Source: Glaucostegus cemiculus
Taxonomy: Eukaryota
Length of the DNA stretch: 64,000 nt
Assembly: GCA_976551045.1 (NCBI GenBank)
Contig: CDPCPM010000060.1
Coordinates: 2,170,001-2,234,000 of the forward strand
Direction: 5' to 3'
The stretch's first letter is position 1, and each line of letters begins with the position of its first letter. Positions 26,560 to 39,187 of this stretch are shown here, one piece after another. A model generated the notes under the pieces. The model had not been told where the DNA came from. It did not search any database and was given only the letters and a program-made list of their open reading frames with translations. Made by a program: the position numbers and the translations under genes.

Positions 26560-27040
26560 GCAATTCAAATTCCACTGTGGCAGCTATGGAATTGAAATTC
26601 ATTTAATAATCTAGTATTTAAAAACAAAAGTTGTGAATCATGATTACCACAAAATAGATTGTTGTAAAGACCCAATTGATTCTCAAATGTCCTTTGGGAG
26701 GAAATCTGCTTTTGTTACTAGACACCAGAACCACCAGCAAATAAAATTCTGGAAGAACTCAGCAGGTCAGGCAGTATCTGTGGATGGAAGTGGATGAAGG
26801 ATCTCGATATGGAACACTGACTCTCCATTTCCTTCCATTGATGCTGCCTGGCTCGCCGAGTTTCTCCAACATCTTTTTGTTGCTCCAGATTCCAGCATCT
26901 GCAGTCTCTTTGTGTTACCAGAACCACCAATGTGGTTGATTCTTAACTGCCCTTTGAAATGGCCTAGCAACCCATTTGGTTCTCAGCATTTGAGGATGGG
27001 CAATGAATGCTGGCCAATCTGTGATGCTCAGAACCTGAAA
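26560..27040 (+). mobile_element. Decayed tRNA-derived SINE interrupted by a fold-back element
   Basis: B-box-like attcaaattcc, body ...gtcctttgggaggaaatctgc / aatgtggttgattcttaactgccc..., tail gatgggcaatgaatgctggcc resembling the LINE end at 45655. Confidence 0.6.
26737..26916. mobile_element. Fold-back Penelope-like pLTR-derived element with 13-bp target-site duplication
   Basis: Flanked by accagaaccacca at 26724-26736 and 26917-26929; internal inverted arms. Confidence 0.8.
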
Positions 27041-28029
27041 AGGTAATATAAGGAAACAATTATGACCCCAGATTTCGCCTCTAGGCTCTTAAGTCTATTT
27101 CAATTGAGTACCTTGCACAACTAGTCCCCATTGACTACTGATTTGACAAGCTGTACACCAGAGAGGTGGAAGATCATGACCTGAAAACTGACCTCCACCC
27201 TCAATGATTTGTCCAGGAATGGACAAAATTAAGTTACATTTCTCCCTAATAACATGTTAAAGGATAAATAAAGAAGGATTTAGCAAACCAACCATCAATG
27301 GAAATGTATTATTCAAGCCAAGATTTCCAAAATAAGTAATTGAAATAAATCAAAATTTAGTCAATAGAAAACTAAATGATAATCCCACCATTTGCTTTGT
27401 ATAAATGGAATTAGCATCTCTCTAATTTTGGTTAATCTATCCATGAAGATCTATCATCATTTGTTTACATTTACATTATTCATGAGTTAAATGGCAGGCA
27501 AACCTTAACACCCATTAAGTATGAACACTTATCACATCACCATCTGCATTGATAGATTGATGCAATCCAATAACTTTGGCAAAAGAAAAGAAAAATGATG
27601 TTTCATTCTTTAGAATGGCACTTGAATCATCTGGGTTCTTTCAGTAATATCAACTTGTCCAAAAGTACTCCACAAGTAATTTATTACTATTGAAGTCTAG
27701 GGAAATGAGGCACAACAAGGTTCTATTAAAAAGCATTGAGGTAAATTATCACTTGAACTATTAATTGAGGGTCAAGAATTGGCTTGAACATGGAAACTAG
27801 TCTTCTGCTCATCTTCAAGTATTGCCATGGTATGTACATTCACATAGGAGGGTGAAGCAGACATTCAATTAATATCTCACTAGAGACATTTTGACATAGA
27901 AATTTATCTGTGGTGCTTATCAGCCATTAAAATAACAATAACAATCTCTTTAAAGTTGTTTTAAAAATTATATAAGAGAAAATTGCAAGATCCATTGATG
28001 TCAGTTTCAAAGCAGTGCTATTGGATGAA

Positions 28030-29160
28030 TATAAGAACAGCGGAACAAAGAAGACAGGAGCAGAAGTAGGCCACTCAGTTCCTCTGACCTGCCCCACCAT
28101 TCAATCTCATCATAGCTGATCTGCTCTTGGCCTCAACTCGGTGCCTGTTCCCCATAACTCTTAGTTCCCAGATATTTGAAAAAATAATCTACTTGCTCTT
28201 TAACTACGGTCTAGCCTCTACAACTGTACAATAGAAAATTCCAAAAATTCAATCCCATTGCAAGAAGTTGTTCCTACATGCCTCAGATTTAAATGGCTGT
28301 CCACTAATCTTGTAAATATGTCCCCTCATTTGAGATTCTCCCACTAGTGGAAGAATTTTGACATATACCCCCTCTTGCCCCCTAAGGATCAGGTATGATT
28401 CAATAACATCACCCCTCATTCTTCTAAACTCTAAAGAATGTAGGAATTAGCTAGTGAATCTACTTTGGACTGCCTCCAATGCTTGTATATCCTTTTTTAA
28501 ATAAGGGGACAAAACCTGTGCAGGGTATTCCAGGTCTAGCTTAGATACCTTGCATTCTGCCTGCTCTTCCAGGTCATTAATATAAATAATTAACAGCCAA
28601 GTTGAGTTGCATCCTATCAGCATGAAAAAGACCCATTTATTCCCACTCTTTCTTCTATGCAATAACCAGTCTGCAATGCATTACCTCACATTTCTCCTAA
28701 TGCCATGTGCTCTTGTGCATCAGCCTTTCATACTGTACCTTCTTGTCGAATGTCTTCTGAAAATCCAAATACTATATCTACTGATTCACCCCTATCAATT
28801 CTTCCTAAGGAACTCAGCCAGTTTGTCAAACAAGATTTGTCAAACAAAACCATATTGACTTGGTTTGATTACATTAAGCTTCTTTGAATGACCAGCTATT
28901 TCTTCCTTGATTTTAGACTACAGCATCTTGCCAACAACAGATGTTAAACTGACAGGTCTTTCATTACCCACTTGTTATCTTCCTCCCTTCTTGAACAATA
29001 GAGTAGCATTGGCAGTTTTCCAATCTATTAATACTTTCCAAGAACCAAGTGAGTTTTGGAAAATCTCAACCAATAGCTTTGTGGCTGCTTCCTCCAAATC
29101 TATTGGGTTCAGACCATCAAAACCTAGCAATCTCTCTGCTTTTAGTTCCATTAGTGTACT
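28030..29160 (-). mobile_element. CR1 LINE fragments
   Basis: ORF 28447..28662 LEYPAQVLSPYLKKDIQALEAVQSRFTS; CR1 tail at 28030-28150. Confidence 0.85.
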
Positions 29161-29209
29161 TAATTACTTGTTACTCCTGATAGTGGTTGTTATAAATACT
29201 TATGTAATA

Positions 29210-29360
29210 CTTTTAAGACAGTTGGACAGGTACATGGGATAGGAGAGGTTTAGAAGGTTATGGGCCAAATGCTGGCAAATGAGAGTAGCTTGGATGGGCA
29301 TCTTGGTCAGCATGGACCAGTTGGGCCAAAGAACCTGTCTCCATGCTATATGATTCTGTG
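29210..29360 (+). mobile_element. CR1 (HER1-like) 3' tail
   Basis: ttggacaggtacatgg...gttgggccaaagaacctgtctccatgctatatgattc. Confidence 0.75.
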
Positions 29361-30415
29361 CCTCTTCTTGAAATTAGTCCAGCAGGATACTGTTGTTCAA
29401 AGTTGCTGTTTCAATAATGGCAGACATTAGGAGCTGAATTGCTTGTCTTAGTGGCACCTTTTCCCTCTGAACTCAAGAAATATCCCTTGAAATGTCACAC
29501 CACATTACAAATGCTCACACTCATTCAGCCACTGAGGAATTCTGGTATGAGCAAGTGTGTGCTATGACGATTGGGCGTGGGGTGGAACGTGCACAGGCTT
29601 CTGAGAAACAGTATACCGGAGGCAACCTCCTTATGGAAAGGAGTATTGTGGAAGGAAGTTTGCCAAGAACATAGCTGCAAGGACATGGTGGCAACAAGAA
29701 TGCCTGAACAACTGGGAGCTCAACAGTGCAACCAAATACCCATAGCTAGTGTTAATGCAAAATCTCAGTGACCATATGTTCTCCATTTTGCCAGTTGTAA
29801 TTTTTTTTTCTTGACTTCTGTAGTGCAATGGTGAGCAGCAAAATATCATTATGTGACATACCTCAGCAAAGAGAGCCTGAAAATGCTCTAAGCAAAGATT
29901 TCTGTTTAAATGAGTGACCTTAACTTTGTCTCGAAGCATTGCAGGTGCTTGTGTTCATTTTATCTTTGATGATCATGTAGCAAACAAACAACAGTGACAG
30001 GGCAAAATCCAAGATCTAGATCCTACTACATTGTATTAGTAATAGAAAGACTAGTTTTCGTCTTTCCATTTCCCACATTCAGCAAAAAATATTGAGCAAA
30101 AGCATTCTAGTTACAGTTACAAAATCAAAGAAATTATTAACCATCAACAACACATTTCATTATTCCCTGGCTTCAAAGCAAGCATTACTGAGGGAGCACT
30201 ACATGTTTAAGGTACACCAGATATGTTATCAGCAAAAATAGTTAAGGATTAAATTCAATTTGATTCATCTGAATAATGTGAAAACCATTACAATTATTGG
30301 CATTCTTTATTTATGTCTTTTTCCTGTTTAATTTAAAGCAAAGAAACTGAAGGTTATGCTAAACATAATTGTTTTTCTTCTGATTATGGAGTAATATAAC
30401 TTGTATTGCTCACAG

Positions 30416-30540
30416 GATAGAAGCACAAGAGCAGAAGTTTAAAAAGGAATGGGATGAAGACTGGGGACAATGTGAAGAACCCAAAAGTACGAAGCCAGTT
30501 ACTGCTGATGTAATTCCACAGCCATCACCAAAAAGTGAAA
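30416..30540 (+). CDS. USH1C: USH1C exon 14-equivalent (125 nt)
   Basis: ctcacag|GATAGAA...GTGAAA|gtaaga; IEAQEQKFKKEWDEDWGQCEEPKSTKPVTADVIPQPSPKSE vs human IVEEEEKFKKQWEEDWG...; ends phase 1. Confidence 0.94.
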
Positions 30541-31231
30541 GTAAGATACTTTTACAGATTTTCACAAAGAGAAACACTTCTCATATTTGTCAGAGAGTAT
30601 ATTGTATGTATATCTTTTTGAAATGCTTTGTATCTATTTAAGCCTGAAAAACAGACTTTTATCCTAATTTATGACAGTAATCAATCAGTAACATCAATAC
30701 AATTTAAAAGTTATTCCTCAGTTTCATATTTGCAAATGTTGTAAGGGATTTGACAGGTTCTGAAAATTTAGAGAAAATCGAGTCACTGGTTTATCAGACT
30801 TCAGTCACATTCAGTAGTCTTGTCAGGTAGTGAATTGTCTGGTTGTAAATTAACAAGATTACTTCAATTTGCTGCTCTCAGTTGAATAATGAGTTGTAGT
30901 CTACACCGGGCCATACACTGAAACAAGAAAGGATAAATGCAATGCCAAATTCATGTTACTGAACATGTCTGAGATTAGTTACCTTTCTGAGCTCTTCTCC
31001 AAGGCCAAGTTGAAGTTCAAAAATATTAGTATTGTTGGAATATAAAAATGAGCTGCAAAATCATCTTGGCCAAAAATAAGACAGAATGGTAGTCAGGAGC
31101 ATCCATTTCCTCTTCAGGACTCATGGTAATTTGTTCACTTTTGCTATTTGCCAAATTATTGCTTCTTACAAACTACAACCTTAAATACAACATGAATTAG
31201 TGTCACCTGCTCTTCATTGCAGCGTTGTAAT

Positions 31232-32093
31232 CCATTGTAGGATATGGCAGGATATAGATCAGTTGCAGATATGGGCAGAGAAATGGCAGATGGAGTTTAA
31301 CCCAGCCAAATGTGAAGTGTTGCACCTTGGGAGATCAAATGTAAGAAGACAGTACACTGTTAGTGGTAAGACCGTTAACAGTGTTGATGAGCAGAGGGAC
31401 CTTGGGGTCCAAGTTCAGAGCTCCCTGAAAGTGGCTACACAAGTTGATAGAGTGGTAAAGAAGGTATATGGCATGCTTGCCTTTTATTAGTCAAGGCACT
31501 GAGTTCAAGAGTCAGGAAGTTACGCTGCAGCTTTATAAAACTCTAGTTAGGCTACATCTGGAGTTATTCCATTCTGGTCGCCCCATTGCAGGAAGGATGT
31601 AAAAGCTTTAGAGAGGGTGCAGAAGGGGTTGCTGCCCGGATTAGAGAGCATGTGCTATAAGAATAGGTTGGACAAATTTGGGTTGTTTTCTCTGGAGCGG
31701 TGGAGACTGAGGGGAGATCTGATAACGGTTTATAAGATTATGAGAAGCATAGATAGAGTAGACAGACAGTATCTTTTTTCCCTGGGTTGAAATGTCTAAT
31801 ACTAGAGGGCATGCATTTAAGGTGAGGAGGATAGTATGAAGGAGATGTGTGGGGCAGGTTTTTGCACATAGAGTGATGCCTGGAATGCACTGCCTGGGAT
31901 GCTGGTGGAGGCAAATATGATACGGGCATTCAAGAGGCTCTTAGATAGGCACACGAATATGCAGGAAATGAAAAGATATGGACATTGTGTCAGCAGAAAG
32001 GATTAGTTTAGTTGGGTATTTAATTACTAATTTAATTAATATGGCACAATATTGTGGGCCAAAGGGCCTGTTTCTGTGCTGTACTGTTCTATG
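31232..32093 (+). mobile_element. CR1 LINE 3' fragment (RT C-terminus and tail)
   Basis: ORF 31200..31490 QDIDQLQIWAEKWQMEFNPAKCEVLHLGRSN...EQRDLGVQV; tail gggccaaagggcctgtttctgtgctgtactgttctat. Confidence 0.92.
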
Positions 32094-32482
32094 TAATGAA
32101 CTAAATTATTGGATTAATATTGTCATTGAAACAAATATTACTGCAATGTATAGATCAAATCTGATGGGGGTCATTTTTGGTAGCCAAGATGTGATGGTTC
32201 ATATACTTATGCAATATAATGTTATTAATGAAAAAAGGTTATCTTTCTAAGGTAACTCATAGAAATTTTGAATTGTATTATTTGCTTTTCAAAGTAGAAC
32301 TAAAATGTAATACACATCAGCACTTAATTATATTCATCAAAGTATGGAACACAGAGCCAAGGGGCATAGTGAATAAAAGAGTGCAAACTCAAACTCACAA
32401 AATCATGAACCAGTTTATAGTTCATAGGAATTAAAGGCTTCCTTTGTGCATGCTGTCAAAGTGGCAAAAGTCATCAGAATAA

Positions 32483-32808
32483 CAGTGGTGCAGCTGCCTT
32501 ACAGCTCCAGTGCTTGGATTCAATCCTGATCTCCAGAGTTATCAATATAGAGTTTGCATGTTCTCCCTGTGAACATATGGTTTTCCATTGGTCCTCTGAT
32601 TTCCCCCCACATCCCAAAGTTGGTAGATTAATTGGCCAATGTAAAATTCCCCCTTGTTTTTAGGTGAGTATAGAATATAGGGAGCTAATACAAATGCGGA
32701 GAGAATAAATTGGGACTGGTGTAGGGTTAATGTAAAATGGGTACTCAATGATGGGCATGGACTTGCTGGACCAAAGAACCGGCTTCTGTGCAGTGCAACT
32801 CTATAACT
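32483..32808 (+). mobile_element. V-SINE (HE1-like)
   Basis: cagtggtgcagc...gagtttgcatgttctccctgtg...ccacatcccaaag...CR1-like tail. Confidence 0.8.
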
Positions 32809-32809
32809 T

Positions 32810-33115
32810 CTGGTGTCACAGAGGTGAGTGGGAAGGGACAGGACCAGGGAGAAAAGATGGAATCAAGGTTGGAAGAAATAGATTCATTTGGCAAGACCAG
32901 GCTAAACAGTCCTTCTGTGGGTCTTGAGAAGGAGTTCGAATCAGGCTGTGAAGGGCTGGTTGGCTACAAGGCTGTGGGGCTGTGGAGAGAAGGTATCCTG
33001 AGAAAATAAGGTACATAATTTTCTGGACAACAATGGCCTGATTTTCAGCAGTGGGGTCATGGTCCAAAGAGAGGTGTGAGGAGGTGTCTGGTGTTTGGTG
33101 TTCAGCTGTGCTTTG
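32810..33115 (-). mobile_element. Penelope-like element reverse transcriptase fragment
   Basis: ORF 32816..33127 DTSSHLSLDHDPTAENQAIV..., then frameshifted equivalents of the PLE-type LPKIHK..GRPIVS..ELISS region. Confidence 0.7.
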
Positions 33116-34708
33116 TGATTTATACATCTCACAACAAGCCAGTGATTATGACATGAGCCAATTTCTTTTTCTGGAATTGTTAATTATTTATGATGATCAA
33201 TAACAATTCAGGATTAATTATTGAGTAAAACTTCAATCTACATAAATTATCTCTTGTCTGCATTTCCTCTAAAAAGGTTTATTTCCAGTTGTATTTCATC
33301 TTACCTTTATATTAATTTTTTCCATTACAAATGCTCCGTTTGGGAATGTAAGCTGCAGAACCAAGATGTGGGGGGGTAAAATTACATATGGGTTGCCCTT
33401 GTCAACTTCTGACAGCTGACGTCCTGGGAAGAGACCACTGACAAGAACGTTTGATTTAATTTGTCTGTTATTGCACCAAAGAATTTCTAGGCTCTTGTTC
33501 CTGACTGTCAGTCATAGATATAACAAGAAAGAAAATGAGTCAAGAAAATAAATATTTTAAATTTACTGAACAATTTTTAACATAAAAGTATTATCCCAGG
33601 CACCTTAAAAGTTGAAAATATTCATTCACATTTTGAATTCACTTTCTTGCAATAAAACATCAGTGTGAAGTATTGTGAGATGTTTTGCCAATCATAGTCT
33701 CAGGACTCAATCCTTTTTAAAATGTATGCTTCTTATCTTTTCACATTTACTAAACTAAACTTCAACTGGATTTCTTCTAAAAACCAAATCTATAAATGAC
33801 AGAAGCAAAATATGTTTTCTGTGAAACTGACAGTTTTTTGTCTTTTGGCTTTGTTTAAAACTGCTAATTGTATCTTGACTATTTAGCCTGTGGTACTAAA
33901 TTGATTTAGAGACTGTGTTTATGCATCATATATAAAGAAACATTGTTTGGTTTATTGAAAATCAATGCACAAAGGATAAACTGGGACAAGAAATCCATGC
34001 TTGTTGTGGTAATTAATCTGAATATACAACAAATATATTTCTCTAAGAAAATAGCATTATTAAATATCATCCTGGAATTTAACTTTGCTCAGAATCTTTT
34101 TTAGAGCACAACAATCCCATTTAATTTCATATTTGACATTTACCCTCTAAAATATTCTTTCAATTTCATGATGGAGTCTCGAAGTTTGCAAGGTTGATTT
34201 CCCACAATGCAATCACAAAGTTTTGACTATGAAACTTCAGGCATACAGCAGGTTCTAGAACAGAGAAACCACATCTTCTAATGAGAAAGGGGAAAAAAAC
34301 ATGTGATTAAGAATTGTTTGGTGACTCAGTTGTATTATATACTGAATGGAAGATGGGATAACCCTATTTCTATGCACATTGATGCTGAGATAGTTGGAAC
34401 AGGACCAGATTTCTGCACTGTTATATTTTATAAAGGTATATGAAGCCACAAGGCAACAGACCTTTCAAAATCATCGTGAAGAAAAAGCAGATCACGTGAT
34501 CTCTGGCTTACATTAGAAGTACTTTGTGCTAAGAAGATTATGGAGTAAAAATATTATTGGATTTATGGTATATTTTATCACAGTGCTTTATTTGATTAGA
34601 AATGTGATCAAACATCAACATTTCTAAAGCCATCATTGACTCAGAAGGAGCAGAATACATATTTCAAACAAAATTTTGTTCTACCCTTCCATTACTTTTC
34701 TTTCCCAG

Positions 34709-34785
34709 AAGACAAAAAGACTGATGACCATCCTCAATTAACGGATGAATTGACAGAGCCATCTACGGAGCTGATAAATGATCAG
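34709..34785 (+). CDS. USH1C: USH1C exon 15-equivalent, isoform-a-type acidic linker exon (77 nt; 74 nt via tandem AAG acceptor)
   Basis: Strong pyrimidine tract ttttctttcccag|, donor CAG|gtttgc, phase 1 to 0, stop-free acidic peptide (K)DKKTDDHPQLTDELTEPSTELINDQ. Position, phase and size match human exon 15; sequence identity is low. Confidence 0.78.
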
Positions 34786-36049
34786 GTTTGCCAGATAATT
34801 TTATAGCTGAGGATCTGAGATTGTGTGCTGTATTCAAATTCCACCTGTCAATCAAAAAGAAGTGTTAGATTAAATTGAGATACCACGTGTGACAGACTCA
34901 ACAAACTAAATAGTTTTTTTCTGTTTTGACCATGTTTTTGACATCCATTTACTAACACTGTATTGTACAAAGTTAATATTTCTCACACAGGATTGCTCCA
35001 GCAAAATATATGACTATCTTCTAGCAATTAAAAGTGTCCGTGAATATGCAATAATTCTGCGGTTACAAATAAATAAAGTCTTCTTATAATATGACAATCA
35101 TTAATTATTGAACTTGCTATCTTAGATATTTTCATAGTTTCCAAAACACAGATCTTGATGTTCCAGAAAAAGTTCCAGTGTTTCAGCGAGAACTGTTGTG
35201 TTGCATGAGTGCCATCAGTTTATTGTTTGCACATGCATTTATAGGAATGTGAAGGTACCAAAACTGGAAAACATGTGCCATGTTAGATCAGGTGCATGGA
35301 AAGCTATTCCATAGTTTTGGATAGCGAGAAATGGCTGTAACATAAAAGGCGAGCATTAGGATAATCTACAGCTTTTTTAATTATTTTAATTCAATGTATT
35401 TTTTTAATATTCATGGGTGATTTTAGTGCATTTCTGTTTTTGTTTATATTTTGAAACAATATTTAATTTGAACATTTTTAATTAAGTGTTATTTAGTAAC
35501 TTTTATATGTTTTAGATAGTTTTGTATACCAGTCGAATTGAGAAACAGCGGAAGTTATTGACAGGTTTGACAGCTAGCTAAATCAGGCCTATTGCCTGGA
35601 TTAGTGTTGGTTTCCTTTTCTGCTAGGATTTGAAAAATGTAAGTTTAGAACTATCTCATGGATTGGTGATTATTACTCATGGCTCAGCACTGACAGGACA
35701 AAGTGTTTTCTTTAAAGGTATTTTGTAGGCATCAACATGAAGACATTATGTTGAAAAGTGTTCATGCATATTACATCTATACTTAGCTCCAAAGCATCTA
35801 ATTTCAAAAAGTGAAAATTACATGTATGAAGAAAAGAGATGAAAAGATGTATAATAAGTTTTAGGTATTAATTTGTTCAGCATTCCACAGAGGTTAATAA
35901 CTCTTCATTTCCAGCATCTGAAGTAGGTCTGGCTACCTTGAGAAGAGCTTATCCCCTCAACTTGTGTGCAGACTCATTGCAGACTGCAAATCTATGTTTA
36001 GTTATTCATGTATCATCATCCTAACAGCATTTTTTTCTTTCATTCTTAG

Positions 36050-36099
36050 CAATTGGTTGGTTTTATCGATACGAAGGCAAATATCCCACCACACAGAAG
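36050..36099 (+). CDS. USH1C: USH1C exon 16-equivalent (50 nt), first isoform-b exon
   Basis: cattcttag|CAATTGG...CAGAAG|gtagag; (T)IGWFYRYEGKYPTTQK vs human SFGWFYRYDGKFPTIRK. Confidence 0.93.
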
Positions 36100-36598
36100 G
36101 TAGAGGCTGGTGATGGTGTGAGAGGTTGCTCGTGTTTATTCTGTGTTGACTGAGTTTTTTTGGTTCAGACCTTTCTCATTGTGCTGTTTACCTTTCAAGT
36201 ATTTTCTAAAAATCCATTTCATCACTTTGATATGACATAATGAATGTCCAGAGAAGAATTCTTGAATACTTGAGCACTTAGTAATCAAAATAATTGAATG
36301 ATGTAGCTCACTTCGAGGTAAAGTGAGAAGTAACGCCATATGATTATCTATCTATTCCGATAAACTGGATGTTTTCTAAACCCCAGCAATTCAAAAGCTT
36401 AACAGCGCTTCAAGTACGTTGCGATTAGGACCTAAATTGCTGTGTTGCTATTTTTGGTGTTCAGTGTTATTTTTTTCAGCTTTTATCATTGTTTGGCAAA
36501 ATCAAGTATTTTTGTTTTCTTAAAAATTTTAGACAATTGCATCAACTTTCAATTTCTATAATCTGAATATCTGCAGTTCCTGGTCACCCATTGCCACC

Positions 36599-36643
36599 TG
36601 GTAAAACAATGAAACAATGAAACCCTGTTTCATTGTTTTACCA
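36599..36643. repeat. Perfect 18-bp inverted repeat with 9-nt spacer
   Basis: tggtaaaacaatgaaaca (36599-36616) and tgtttcattgttttacca (36626-36643). Confidence 0.9.
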
Positions 36644-38669
36644 CCCTCATATCACAAATTGTTCTTGTCTCATCACTAACTGGTGGATTTAAATGAGATT
36701 ATCTCCCACTTGAACAGAACATTAACATTTTGAAAGCCACATTCTTAAAGCAAAATATGAGATTAGCATTGCAAAGTAGAAAATGAAATTTCCAAGTAGG
36801 CCTGGGGAGTTAGATCTTGTGTAATGTACACATTACATAATATAGCTTTCCACTGTTTAATGTATGTTCCATGTCTGTATAGCACTGCCCTTCTTTTTGA
36901 AGGTACTGATTCATGATTTGTTCTATGAGCATGGGCCCCCCTACACTCTCTCACACAGGTACCATTTTTCAAGAGGGAGCCTAAAGATGATTCCTAAGCA
37001 TGTATTCAACAGCAAGGGAGCTGCAACATGCCAAATTCTGTCTCCCAAGAACACCATGGGCAATTTTTCTGCAGCTATTAGACTGTGATTATGAGCATAG
37101 TTGAGTGTCATTTCAGTACTCTTCAATCAAAACCAGCAAACCAAGTGCAGAAAAGAGAATTAATTTGATACTTTTCTACACTGCAGGGAGTCAGAAAAAA
37201 ATGCAGAGAATGTTCTTATTCCCTTCATTGTTCCACTAGAAATCATGGCTCACATTTTCCTAGAAACAAAAGAAGTTTAGCTGGCAGCAGGAAGCCAAGA
37301 CTCCTGTGCTGATTTATCGTTGGAGGGCCAGCATGTTTTAACCACTGGACTGGTTAAATGTAACTGGTCATCTACCTGTCCACCACTGGCAAAACCCAGT
37401 ATTTAGCTAGGTAGGGACATTCACGATAGTGTAGTGAACTGCTGGCAGCTGGCCAAACATGAGAAGGGACTTGTGGAGTGGGGTTTCCTGGTGAGAGAAT
37501 TTTCTTATGAGATATAGAGGATCTCAGTGTTTTTTGTCACATCAATGAAGTTTATTCTTTAAATTACTTAGCTTTTTTAAAAATAATACATCAACTTTCT
37601 TCCAGATCAACAACTCCAGGTAGTTGCAGCTCTGCGTGCAGTATTTAGGACCATTCACTCAGAGGTGGTTAACTTCTGAAAAGTCTTTGAGAACCTGGGT
37701 ACATCCTAGACTTGCATATATCAATGCAGTTCTGTAGATACCTAATAGGATGTTCATCTACTGCCAAAACTAATGTGCAGTAGGAATACAATAGGAAAAA
37801 AGAATGACTTCACATAATTGCCTCCCCATTCACCTAGATTTGAAACTCTCTTTTGAGAATATATTTTATGATTAATTGCAGAAACAAACTAACATGTTTT
37901 GCTTGATCTCATAAGGCAATAAAGCAAGCTTTGGGAGACTGTAATTAGAATCCCACATGCATTGTAATAATCTCTGCAGTAACTCGTTAAGTCTTTCTTA
38001 AAGCACTACAGCATATTTGTATTTAATGTTTCCTTCATTTATTATGAAAAGTTGTGGAGGTCTCCATCATAAATTTTCACAGAAATTCAAAGCTTTGTAA
38101 TTTGAAATTTAAAAATACTACTTTGAACTTGGCAAAACTCATTGACTAGTTCATTGATGAAATTATGTCAAGTTGTAAAGTTTTTAAGGAAAAAAACAAG
38201 TACTATACAGTAGATCATCCAATGAAAAATTTGGTCCTCATTTTATTTGTAACAAACCTGATTGCTTTCTTTCATTTTTCTTTTTCATGCTAAACCTTTG
38301 CACAGAAATATAAATCTTGTGTGGGAACATGACTTTTCCCTTTATTTTCAGTGCTCCTCCACTTTTGAAGTGTCCATTTTAATACCAGTTAATTTTTAAT
38401 GGACCAATGCCTGATTAATTTCCCTGCATAATGTACAATATAACACTTCTCTGGTGACCTCTGCTGTCAGTGTTTAAAAATGTAGTGGTAAATTTCACTA
38501 AATATGACTTTTTATGTTCTTACATAGAGATGCTGAAAACCTCTAATGTTTCCAATTAATTAACAATTAATGACAAATGAATAATTGGTGGTTATCAAAA
38601 TTTCTAACAACTATATGGTTTGGCATGTTTAAAACATTTTTGAAACAATATTATTAGATTAAGTGACCT

Positions 38670-39050
38670 TCATCTTCTGAGATAATCCCTCTGGTTTGAG
38701 GTTGATTTGCTTCCATTTCAGTTCTGTGGGTCCTGAGGTAGCTGATGAGATCAATGTGGCACCTACAGACACTGATACAGAAGGGTGGATGGGTCATTTG
38801 GAAGGTGGTGTGCTCCTTCCAACTACTAATGCTGGGCTTCTGTTAACTATCATTAAATGAACTCGAAGTTTTCAATGCCATCCCAAATACTGCTCTTCTC
38901 ATTTGCGTGACCATGAGCCAGCAATTAGCGTGAATTAGTGGGGAGACTTTGAGAAGAACCTTGAATCTTTTCCTCTGTTCACCTGGTAATTTCATGCTGT
39001 GACAGAGTTCAGAATAGGATGTCTAGTGCAGGCAAGCAAACAGTATGACT
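38670..39050 (-). mobile_element. RTE LINE 3' fragment
   Basis: Similar to RTE 3' ends at 11373-11750 and 63710-63900 (gaggttgatttgcttcc...gagactttgagaagaaccttgaatcttttcctctg). Confidence 0.65.
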
Positions 39051-39053
39051 TGC

Positions 39054-39187
39054 CTGAAGAAGGGTCCTGACCTGAAATGTTGACCGCCTGCTTTTCTTCA
39101 CAGATGCTGTTTGGCCTGCTGAGTTCCTCCAGCATCATAGTGTTTTTCATCTAGATTCCAGCATCCACAGTCCTTTGTTTCTCTATC
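39054..39187 (+). mobile_element. Penelope-like pLTR-derived element starting with a minimal hammerhead ribozyme core
   Basis: CTGAAGA-agggtcctgacct-GAAA-tgtt, followed by the shared body cacagatgctg...tgctgagttcctccagcat...gattccagcatc. Confidence 0.7.
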
